Below, in pieces: positions 17,688 to 25,383 of a stretch of 64,000 bases of DNA. Every line of letters begins with the position of its first letter. Position 1 is the first letter of the stretch. The notes beneath the pieces were generated by a model that was not told the DNA's origin, did no database searches, and saw only the letters and a list, made by a program, of their open reading frames with translations. Made by a program: the position numbers and the translations under genes. Source of the stretch: an uncultured Gammaproteobacteria bacterium (GTDB lineage: Bacteria > Patescibacteriota > Microgenomatia > Levybacterales > UBA12049); NCBI GenBank assembly GCA_964474445.1, contig CAYYSJ010000006.1, positions 14,213 through 78,212 of the forward strand. The letters run 5' to 3'.

Positions 17688-18794
17688 CTATGCCTGTGTT
17701 CGAATAGGCATGATCAAGTGGAGAAAAGTTGGATTTCCTTCAGTATGAAATACTCCTGGATTAAGAGGTCCCGTCATTTCAAAAGAAAGTTCTGAGTCTG
17801 TAATATTGGTCAAGGCATCTAAAATATATCGCGCATTAAAGGCGATTTCATTTTCCTCACCAGTAAGCCGTGCATCAACATCAACAGTATTTTCCCCTAA
17901 TGAAGGGGTTTTTGCGCTTACAACTACCTTTTCCTTTTGTAAAGAAAAGGTAATAATATTTGCTGTTTCACGAGCAAATATCGAGCAGATTTTCACTGCC
18001 TTTAATAATTCTTCTCTATCTACCGATACTTTTGTCGCAACGTCTGTTGGAATAACTTTCTCATAATTTGGGAATTCAGCGTCAATAAGACGGCCAACAA
18101 GTATTGTCTCCTCCTGTTCAAATAAAAGCTGATTTGTTTTTTCTGAAACATACATTGTGATGTTACCGTTCTCAGAAAGTACCATTGCTTCTTTGATAAT
18201 ACGTGCCGGAATAATAACTGGCCTTGCCAATTTCACACCATCTGTCGGTGTTGCTACTTCCTCTAAGGAAAGTCTGTACCCATCTGTTGCAACAACAACA
18301 AATCCATTATCTGTTTTTTTAATAAGCACTCCAGCAAGTGCAGGCCTGGTTGCCTCAGGGCTTGAAGAAAAAACAATTTTCCCAAAAATTCCTTTCATCT
18401 TTCCTTTTTCAAATGTTAATAATTCCTCACCCTTTTCATCGTAAAGCATTGGGAATTCATCTTTTGGGGAAGTCTGTAGAAGTGTTTTTGTTTTTTTACT
18501 GATGATCTCTAAACTTCCGTCTTTTGTTTGTAGAGTCATTTTATCTTGAGGAAGAGAATTAACTAATTCTAAGAAAAGTTTTGCTGGTACTGCAATTGCT
18601 CCTTCTTCTTCTATTTGTGCAGGAAGTGTTGTTTCTATTCCTATTTCAAGATCTGTACTAGATATAGATACTTTTCCATTCTTTGTTTCAAGTAAGACAT
18701 GAGAGAGTATTGGTAATTGATTTCGTGAAGAGATAGCATGGTTTGCTAGTGTTAACTTTTTTTGTAGATTTTCTGCTAAAAGGGTGACTTTCAT
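17688..18794 (-). CDS. dnaN: DNA polymerase III beta subunit (sliding clamp)
   Basis: MKVTLLAENLQKKLTLANHAISSRNQLPILSHVLLE...; three-domain length; directly downstream of dnaA. Confidence 0.9.
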   Translation of the reverse strand: MKVTLLAENLQKKLTLANHAISSRNQLPILSHVLLETKNGKVSISSTDLEIGIETTLPAQIEEEGAIAVPAKLFLELVNSLPQDKMTLQTKDGSLEIISKKTKTLLQTSPKDEFPMLYDEKGEELLTFEKGKMKGIFGKIVFSSSPEATRPALAGVLIKKTDNGFVVVATDGYRLSLEEVATPTDGVKLARPVIIPARIIKEAMVLSENGNITMYVSEKTNQLLFEQEETILVGRLIDAEFPNYEKVIPTDVATKVSVDREELLKAVKICSIFARETANIITFSLQKEKVVVSAKTPSLGENTVDVDARLTGEENEIAFNARYILDALTNITDSELSFEMTGPLNPGVFHTEGNPTFLHLIMPIRTQA

Positions 18795-18866
18795 ATATAT
18801 ATTTTTGTAGTTGTAGTAGTGTATCTGGAAATGTGGAAAAAAGCAAGAAGATAGCTTCAAAAATCC

Positions 18867-18945
18867 TGTGGATAACGTGTTGAAAACTTTTGGGATAACA
18901 TGTTGAAAAGATATTTTTTCTCAACTTTCCCTCTTATTATCCACG
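18867..18945. promoter_or_regulatory. DnaA boxes in the dnaA-dnaN intergenic region
   Basis: TGTGGATAA at 18867-18875 and TTATCCACG at 18937-18945. Confidence 0.5.
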
Positions 18946-20289
18946 CATCATTTTAGTTATCCCCATGATTTCCTCAGACAATATTTTGTTTTGTGTGGCT
19001 AAATCCTCCATCTTTTCCACACCATACATCACTGTTGTATGGTCTCTTCCCCCCAAGATATTTCCTATTTCAACATACGTTAATCCCAACTCTTTCTTTA
19101 AAAGAAACATTGTTACCTGTCGTGCTTTAACGAGGGAGGCATCTCTCTTCGGTCCCTTTAATTGGGTTGATTTGATTTTGTAAAAATTGCAGGTTGTTTC
19201 AATAACATCTTCTGCATGGAGGATATGATTCTCCCTATTCTCTCTCCCATTCCCTAATGCTTTTTCTGCGAGGTCCTCGGTTATTTCCGCTCCTCCTGTT
19301 GCTGCAGCTTGGGTAACAACTCGAAGCAACGCTCCTTCAAGGCTTCTGACGTCTTGTTCTTTTTCTGCAATTTTTTTGGCTATTTCAATAGAAAGGTTAT
19401 ATCCGAATTTCTCTGCCTTTTTCAAAACGATTGCTGTCCGAAGCTCAAAATCAGGTGCTTCAACATCAACGGTTAATCCACCTGCAAAGCGAGAGGAAAG
19501 TCTTGCCTCAAGTTTTTTAATCTCACTTGGCGGCCTATCAGAGGACAAAACAATTTGGGCGCCGCCATCAATGAGTGAGTTAAAAGTATGGAAAAGTTCT
19601 TCTTGAACCCTGTCTTTCCCTGCGATAAATTGCACATCGTCAATAATAAGTAAGTTTGCTGAACGGAATTTTTTCTTCATACGAGCAGTATCATTACTTC
19701 GAATAGCCTCAACAACTTCATTCGTAAATTCTTCAGAGGTGATATAAATAATTTTGTTATTAGGATCTTGGGAGTACACCTCATTTGCAATAGCTTGCAT
19801 TAAATGGGTTTTCCCTACTCCCACAGGACCATATATAAACAGAGGATTGTAAGATCGTCCAGGCGTTTTTGCAACATTCCGTGCTGATTCAAAGGCAAGC
19901 CTATTGGAATCAGAGACAGCAAGTGATTCGAAGGTATAATCAGGTCTTACTCGTGGAAGATGGCCAATGGGCATTTTAGGTCTAGTGTCTGTTGCAAAAA
20001 GCGGTGCTTCCTTGTCTTCTCTCTCTGTATGGTTCTGCACACTCTTGGCAACAAAGAGAATATCAGTGTCTTGCTTAGTGTGTTTTTCTAGAGCAGTCTT
20101 AATAGTATCCTTAAACCGTTTTTGGAGAAGGTCAATAACCATTGTGGATGGTGCAGCAATGGTTGCAATATTGTCTTCGAGTGATAATAATGCGGTATTT
20201 TTAAAGAGTGTGAGGAAGTTCGCTCGAGAAACCTCTATTTCTATATCTGAGAGAATATCTTTCCAAAGTTTTTCTGTCTTATCATTCAT
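18937..20289 (-). CDS. dnaA: Chromosomal replication initiator protein DnaA
   Basis: Walker A GPVGVGKTHLMQAIANE, Walker B LLIIDDVQFIAGK, C-terminal DNA-binding DHTTVMYGVEKM. Confidence 0.95.
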   Translation of the reverse strand: MNDKTEKLWKDILSDIEIEVSRANFLTLFKNTALLSLEDNIATIAAPSTMVIDLLQKRFKDTIKTALEKHTKQDTDILFVAKSVQNHTEREDKEAPLFATDTRPKMPIGHLPRVRPDYTFESLAVSDSNRLAFESARNVAKTPGRSYNPLFIYGPVGVGKTHLMQAIANEVYSQDPNNKIIYITSEEFTNEVVEAIRSNDTARMKKKFRSANLLIIDDVQFIAGKDRVQEELFHTFNSLIDGGAQIVLSSDRPPSEIKKLEARLSSRFAGGLTVDVEAPDFELRTAIVLKKAEKFGYNLSIEIAKKIAEKEQDVRSLEGALLRVVTQAAATGGAEITEDLAEKALGNGRENRENHILHAEDVIETTCNFYKIKSTQLKGPKRDASLVKARQVTMFLLKKELGLTYVEIGNILGGRDHTTVMYGVEKMEDLATQNKILSEEIMGITKMMRG

Positions 20290-20308
20290 TGTATGAGCAC
20301 TTTATCAA

Positions 20309-20382
20309 TGTGGATAACTTTTTGTCAAGAGGAATAAAGGTGATTGTTTCAAGAGCTGCACCAGAAAGCCAAATGTGGACAA
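20309..20382. promoter_or_regulatory. DnaA boxes / candidate oriC segment between divergent dnaA and rpmH
   Basis: TGTGGATAA at 20309-20317 (perfect reverse-complement of TTATCCACA) and TGTGGACAA at 20374-20382. Confidence 0.5.
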
Positions 20383-20413
20383 TCAAAAGTATTTTTGTTA
20401 TACTGGTGAGGAT

Positions 20414-20551
20414 ATGAAAAAAGGTCCAGCAATTGCAAAAAAAACAAAAGGTCAAAGAAAACATGGATTTTTAGCTCGAATGGATTCTCATGGAGGACGA
20501 AAAGTTCTTAAGAGAAGACGAGCCGAAGGAAGAGAATCCTTAACAAAATAG
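20414..20551 (+). CDS. rpmH: 50S ribosomal protein L34
   Basis: MKKGPAIAKKTKGQRKHGFLARMDSHGGRKVLKRRRAEGRESLTK; 45 aa, below the ORF-track cutoff; canonical position upstream of rnpA. Confidence 0.85.
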   Translation: MKKGPAIAKKTKGQRKHGFLARMDSHGGRKVLKRRRAEGRESLTK

Positions 20552-20635
20552 TAGTAAGAAGGCTGTATTTTTTAGAAAAAGAAGTCTTTTCTGCAAATCT
20601 TCTTTAATTTGCTACCTTTCCTCCTTTAACAAACT

Positions 20636-20956
20636 ATGTTAGCACGACAATTCCGTTTACCAGCAACTGTTTCATTTCAAAAAGCAAATGTGTTTCATTC
20701 TGCATATTTTACAGTAAGAGTTCTTTCCAACACCCTTTTTCATAATAGATATGCCTTTATTGCAGGAAAAAAACTAGACAAACGAGCTGTTGTGCGCAAT
20801 AAGGTAAAAAGAAGAGTAAGAGCTGTTGTAGAAAAAGAGGGGTTACTCCTGAAGGGGAAAGATGTTCTTTTCCTGTTAAAGCCTTCGACAAAAGATGCAA
20901 CACATGACCAACTTGCTGAAGCAGTCCGTGGTATACTGGAAAAACTGAAGAGCTAG
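20636..20956 (+). CDS. rnpA: Ribonuclease P protein component
   Basis: Basic RnpA pattern ...FIAGKKLDKRAVVRNKVKRRVRAVV; gene order rpmH-rnpA. Confidence 0.85.
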   Translation: MLARQFRLPATVSFQKANVFHSAYFTVRVLSNTLFHNRYAFIAGKKLDKRAVVRNKVKRRVRAVVEKEGLLLKGKDVLFLLKPSTKDATHDQLAEAVRGILEKLKS

Positions 20957-20970
20957 CTGCCCCTTTATCT

Positions 20971-21201
20971 ATGAAATATGTATTGGTAGTACTATTAAAA
21001 TTCTACAAATGGATTCTCTCTCCCCTTCTCCATCAGGTACTTGGGGTAAAGCATGCATGTCGCTACTCGCCAACGTGTAGTGAGTTTGCTATAATACACA
21101 TTAAGAAAGACGGAATATTAAAAGGAGGAATAAAGGCAATACTTAGAGTATTGTACTGCCAGCCCTTTGTTGAATCCCTTCCCTACTCTCTTCGAAAATA
21201 A
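20971..21201 (+). CDS. yidD: Membrane protein insertion efficiency factor YidD
   Basis: LLKFYKWILSPLL...CRYSPTCSEFAI. Confidence 0.85.
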   Translation: MKYVLVVLLKFYKWILSPLLHQVLGVKHACRYSPTCSEFAIIHIKKDGILKGGIKAILRVLYCQPFVESLPYSLRK

Positions 21202-22022
21202 TGAATATATTTAACTTACTGCTTGTTAACCCGATTATTAATATTTTAGTGGTTATTTATCAGGGGCTTGTTGCATTGCATGTTCCTTATGCCTTAGGTT
21301 TTTCAATTATTCTCCTGACCGTTGTTATTAGAGCAATCCTCTACCCGTTAATTCACTCTCAACTGAAAACTTCAAAAAAAATGCAGGAAATTACGCCTCA
21401 TCTCAATAGGCTCAAAGAACAACATAAAAACGATGCAACAAAACTGCAAGCAGAGACAATGAAGTTATATCAAGAACACGGTGTGAATCCAGTTGCTGGG
21501 TGTTTGCCTCTACTTATACAACTTCCTCTTATCTGGGGGCTGTACGGCGTGTTACAACAGGTTGTAAAGACAGATCCAACATCTGTGTTGCAGTACGTAA
21601 ACCATGCGTTATATGTTCCATCAATGAGACTTAGTCATATGTGGGATACCTCCTTTTTCGGTTTGTCTTTAGGGAATACCCCTTCTCATCTTCTCCCCCA
21701 TGTTGGTTTTGGCATTTTACTGATCCCTGTCCTCACCGGTGTTTTTCAACTTGTCCAATCAAAGATGATGTTTTCAACACCAGAACAAACAAATCTTCCT
21801 GCAAAGCAAGGGCAAAAGAAAGAAGATGACTTTGCAAGTGCTTTTCAGACACAATCGATGTATATTTTCCCTCTGATGATCGCATTCTTCTCCTGGACAC
21901 TTCCTGTGGGATTATCTTTGTACTGGAATACTTTCACAATTTTTGGTATACTGCAGCAGTACCAGATTTCAGGATTTGGAGGACTTTCCGAATGGATAAA
22001 CAAGGTACGACCAAATAAATAA
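21201..22022 (+). CDS. yidC: Membrane protein insertase YidC/Oxa1 (short form)
   Basis: Multi-TM; C-terminal LSLYWNTFTIFGILQQY. Confidence 0.85.
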   Translation: MNIFNLLLVNPIINILVVIYQGLVALHVPYALGFSIILLTVVIRAILYPLIHSQLKTSKKMQEITPHLNRLKEQHKNDATKLQAETMKLYQEHGVNPVAGCLPLLIQLPLIWGLYGVLQQVVKTDPTSVLQYVNHALYVPSMRLSHMWDTSFFGLSLGNTPSHLLPHVGFGILLIPVLTGVFQLVQSKMMFSTPEQTNLPAKQGQKKEDDFASAFQTQSMYIFPLMIAFFSWTLPVGLSLYWNTFTIFGILQQYQISGFGGLSEWINKVRPNK

Positions 22023-22026
22023 TCTT

Positions 22027-22479
22027 ATGAATCAAGAACAAACACAAAAAATCCAAGAAGTTGCCGAACATTTACTTTCTCTGCTTGGTATTCAAGCACA
22101 GGTTGAGGTTGTTGCAGGAGAAGAGGGTGTACAGGTACTACTCCAGACAGAAGAATCAGGGATGCTTATTGGATATCACGGAGAAACACTCGAGTCTTTA
22201 CAGACAATCCTTTCCCTCGTTGCAAGTCGACAGCTTGGTGAGTTTGTGAGAGTAAGCATTGAAGTTGGCGATTACAAAAAGAATCGTGTAGAATACCTTA
22301 AGCATCTCGTACAACAGGCAAAAGAGCAAGCTTTGTCTCAAAATACTGGAATCAGTCTTTCTAACTTAAAATCCTGGGAGAGACGTGAAGTACATGTGAT
22401 GCTTGCTAATGATCAAGAAGTTACTACAGAATCTATGGGTGAAGGTAGAGACCGCGTCTTGGTGGTCAAGCCTCGCTAA
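22027..22479 (+). CDS. jag: Jag/KhpB RNA-binding protein (KH plus R3H domain)
   Basis: Conserved position after yidC; R3H-like C-terminus ...SWERREVHVMLAND. Confidence 0.75.
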   Translation: MNQEQTQKIQEVAEHLLSLLGIQAQVEVVAGEEGVQVLLQTEESGMLIGYHGETLESLQTILSLVASRQLGEFVRVSIEVGDYKKNRVEYLKHLVQQAKEQALSQNTGISLSNLKSWERREVHVMLANDQEVTTESMGEGRDRVLVVKPR

Positions 22480-23722
22480 CCTCTTCCATTCTCAACTTGT
22501 CTTTCTTTATCTCCTTATCCTTTTCTTGCCAACGCAACTCGGTAAACATTTTTGGCCCTCATGGAGTTACTTGTATGGGCAACGTATCGATTACCTCTCC
22601 CCTACTCTTTACATAACAGATATTTTGATTGGATTTTTATTTGTTCTCTCCTTGATAAAAAAACAAGTACGTATTCCCCTGCTCTTTGTATTACTTATAC
22701 TTTACCTATCCTTTACTGTTTTTCTCTCTCAAAATCCTCTTGCTGGTTGGTATACTCTTCTTAAATTTTTAGAAATGAGCTTTGTAACATGGTATGTGAT
22801 GTCATCTCTACGAAAATCGACGACTGTAGTAAAAGTAACTACAGGTGTTGTATTGGCTATAACTGTCATCTTTGAAAGTCTTCTCTCTTTTATCCAGTTT
22901 TATCTTCATAGCTCTGTAGGAGGCTTGCTCTACTTTTTAGGAGAGAGAACGTTTAGTAGTGAAACCCCTGGAATAGCAAATGCATCTGTCCACGGTACGT
23001 TAGTGTTAAGACCATATGGAACCTTTTCCCATCCCAACGTCTTAGCAGGGTTCTTGCTTATTGGCATGTTGGTTGTGTGGTACGTTCTCTACGAGGAACA
23101 CAGATGGTGGAAAAGGTATGTTCTTTTTAGCATGTCGCTTCTGGGTTCAGCTGGAATTCTTTTCACCCTCAGCAGAACAACATTATTAGTAGGACTTAGT
23201 ATCGGACTCATTTTCCTACTGAAAAAACTAAATAAAAGAATTATTGTAGCGTCCCTCGGATTATTGGTGTTTCTTGTTTTTCTTTTTCCAACAATTTTCT
23301 ATCGATTTGCCCCAAGTACTTTTGAAGAATCAGCTGTAGTAAGAGAGCGTCTTTTTCAAGCTTCATTGAGCATGACTGCTTCTCATCCTTTCTTTGGTGT
23401 CGGATTAGGGAACTTTTTATCATCACTTCCCTCTTCAATGACCATCCAGCCAGTACATAATATTTTTTTTCTATGGTTATCCGAAACTGGAATAATTGGT
23501 GCGGTAATAGTCTTAGTATTTGTCTTTATTCTTTCTAGACAAATCATCAGGACATGGCAGAGGTCAAAAACCTATGAACGGCAACAATTTCTTCCCTTAC
23601 TCTTTGCTCTGTGCTCTTTGTTTATTCTTGGCATGTTTGATCATTACTTTTTAACATTACAACAAGGGCAACTTCTTTTCGCTTTGGTTATTGGACTAGT
23701 CCTTGCTCACCTGAACAAATAG
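22409..23722 (+). CDS. O-antigen ligase (Wzy_C)-like polytopic membrane protein; start uncertain
   Basis: LSRTTLLVGLSIGLIFLLKK, more than 10 TM helices; track start is TTG 22403, first ATG 22409; either would overlap jag by about 70 nt. Confidence 0.5.
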   Translation: MIKKLLQNLWVKVETASWWSSLANLFHSQLVFLYLLILFLPTQLGKHFWPSWSYLYGQRIDYLSPTLYITDILIGFLFVLSLIKKQVRIPLLFVLLILYLSFTVFLSQNPLAGWYTLLKFLEMSFVTWYVMSSLRKSTTVVKVTTGVVLAITVIFESLLSFIQFYLHSSVGGLLYFLGERTFSSETPGIANASVHGTLVLRPYGTFSHPNVLAGFLLIGMLVVWYVLYEEHRWWKRYVLFSMSLLGSAGILFTLSRTTLLVGLSIGLIFLLKKLNKRIIVASLGLLVFLVFLFPTIFYRFAPSTFEESAVVRERLFQASLSMTASHPFFGVGLGNFLSSLPSSMTIQPVHNIFFLWLSETGIIGAVIVLVFVFILSRQIIRTWQRSKTYERQQFLPLLFALCSLFILGMFDHYFLTLQQGQLLFALVIGLVLAHLNK

Positions 23723-23746
23723 AATCCCTCATGTTACAATACAAGC

Positions 23747-24970
23747 ATGCAACTTTTTAAAAAGATAGCGTCAAATACCTTCTGGCAAATTGTTGCTCGA
23801 GTTGTCTCCTCTGGAATAAGCTTTGTTATCACCATTGTTATTGCAAGAACGTTAGGGGTTACTGGATACGGTGATTTGGCAAAAATTACTGCATTTGTTT
23901 CTCTTTTCTATCTATTCGTTGATTTAGGACTAAACGCCATTTTCTTGCAACTTGATACAGAACAAAATCGATTTCGTGACCTTCTTTCCTTTAGATTGCT
24001 CTTAGCGGTCGGTGTTTTTTGTCTTATTGGTATTGTTGCGCTGTTTCTTCCCTTTAACCTGAGAAATGGCATTGGATATTCTCCCCTTGTTAAGGTGGGC
24101 ATTCTTCTCTTTGGATTGACATTTTTCTCAAGAGCAATTGTTTTTTCAACAGCGGCAGTATTTCAACTGAAATATCAATACAAACTAACAGCGTACGCTA
24201 CAGTACTTGGGTCTCTCGCAACACTAGGAAGTCTTGGAATATTTCTTGTCTTTCACCCCCCCTTTCTTTTTATAGTCGGAGCATATGTTATTGGAGCATT
24301 AATAGAGGCACTGTTTTCGTTGTTCTTTTTGCAACAAAAACTTTTTCCTTTATCTTTGGATAAAACATTTATAAAAGACATGACTCTACAAACTCTTCCT
24401 ATTGCCGCGATGCTACTTCTTAACCTTATTTATTTTCGGGTTGATATGTTTTTCCTTTCTGTCATGAAACCAACACAAGACGTTGCCATATATGACTTTG
24501 CCTATAAGTTCTTTGATTTTCTCATTGCACTGCCCTTATTTTTATCAAACAGCTTTTATCCAATGCTCTTAGATTCAGAAAAAAATATGCGAACTGCGTT
24601 CCCAAAGCTAATGGTTTATTTAGTTGGCTTCGCTTTTTTAGGAGTGTTGACTGCTTTTCCTACATGGTTTGCAGCATCTCTTCTTGGTTTTGTAAAACCG
24701 GAATTTGCTCCGGCAACACTCGCACTGAGACTTCTTGTTTTGTCCCTTCCTATCTTTTTTGCAACGAGTATCATTCAATGGATTTTTATCGCAAAGAAAA
24801 AACAACAGTTTCTCTTGTCTGTTTATGCGAGTTCGTTAGTTCTCAACGTAGTGCTCAATCTTCTTTTTATTCCCCACTATAGTTATGTTGCATCTGCTAT
24901 AATCACTGGAGTCTCAGAGACAGGAGTATTAGCCGCTCTCTTGGGCTATTCCTTATTCGGTAATCTATGA
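23747..24970 (+). CDS. Wzx-like polysaccharide/oligosaccharide flippase (MOP superfamily)
   Basis: FWQIVARVVSSGISFVITIVIARTLGVTGYGDLAKITAF, about 12 TM helices. Confidence 0.6.
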   Translation: MQLFKKIASNTFWQIVARVVSSGISFVITIVIARTLGVTGYGDLAKITAFVSLFYLFVDLGLNAIFLQLDTEQNRFRDLLSFRLLLAVGVFCLIGIVALFLPFNLRNGIGYSPLVKVGILLFGLTFFSRAIVFSTAAVFQLKYQYKLTAYATVLGSLATLGSLGIFLVFHPPFLFIVGAYVIGALIEALFSLFFLQQKLFPLSLDKTFIKDMTLQTLPIAAMLLLNLIYFRVDMFFLSVMKPTQDVAIYDFAYKFFDFLIALPLFLSNSFYPMLLDSEKNMRTAFPKLMVYLVGFAFLGVLTAFPTWFAASLLGFVKPEFAPATLALRLLVLSLPIFFATSIIQWIFIAKKKQQFLLSVYASSLVLNVVLNLLFIPHYSYVASAIITGVSETGVLAALLGYSLFGNL

Positions 24971-25383
24971 AGTTAACAATTTTTACAGATGGTGGATCTC
25001 GTGGTAATCCTGGTCCTGCAGCCTATGGATTTTCTATCTCCAATGAGGACGGGGTGGAAATTGCAGGAGTTGGGGAATACATTGGAACGAATACGAATAA
25101 CGTTGCAGAATATTCAGCGGTGACAGAATCTCTGCAATGGGTGCTTACTCATCGGGAATCGTTAGGAAATCTTTCGGGAATTAGTTATTACATGGATTCA
25201 GAACTTGTGTGTAAGCAACTTAATGGAGAATATAAAGTGAAACATCCAATTATGCAGGGACTTTTTGCAACAGTACAAAAACGCATTCAAGCACTTCACC
25301 TTCCCGTAACATTTACTCACGTCAGGCGGGAAAAGAATAAACGAGCAGATGAACTCGTGAACCGTGCACTGGACAACCTCTAA
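24967..25383 (+). CDS. rnhA: Ribonuclease HI
   Basis: MKLTIFTDGGSRGNPGPAAYGF; start overlaps upstream stop (ATGA). Confidence 0.8.
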   Translation: MKLTIFTDGGSRGNPGPAAYGFSISNEDGVEIAGVGEYIGTNTNNVAEYSAVTESLQWVLTHRESLGNLSGISYYMDSELVCKQLNGEYKVKHPIMQGLFATVQKRIQALHLPVTFTHVRREKNKRADELVNRALDNL

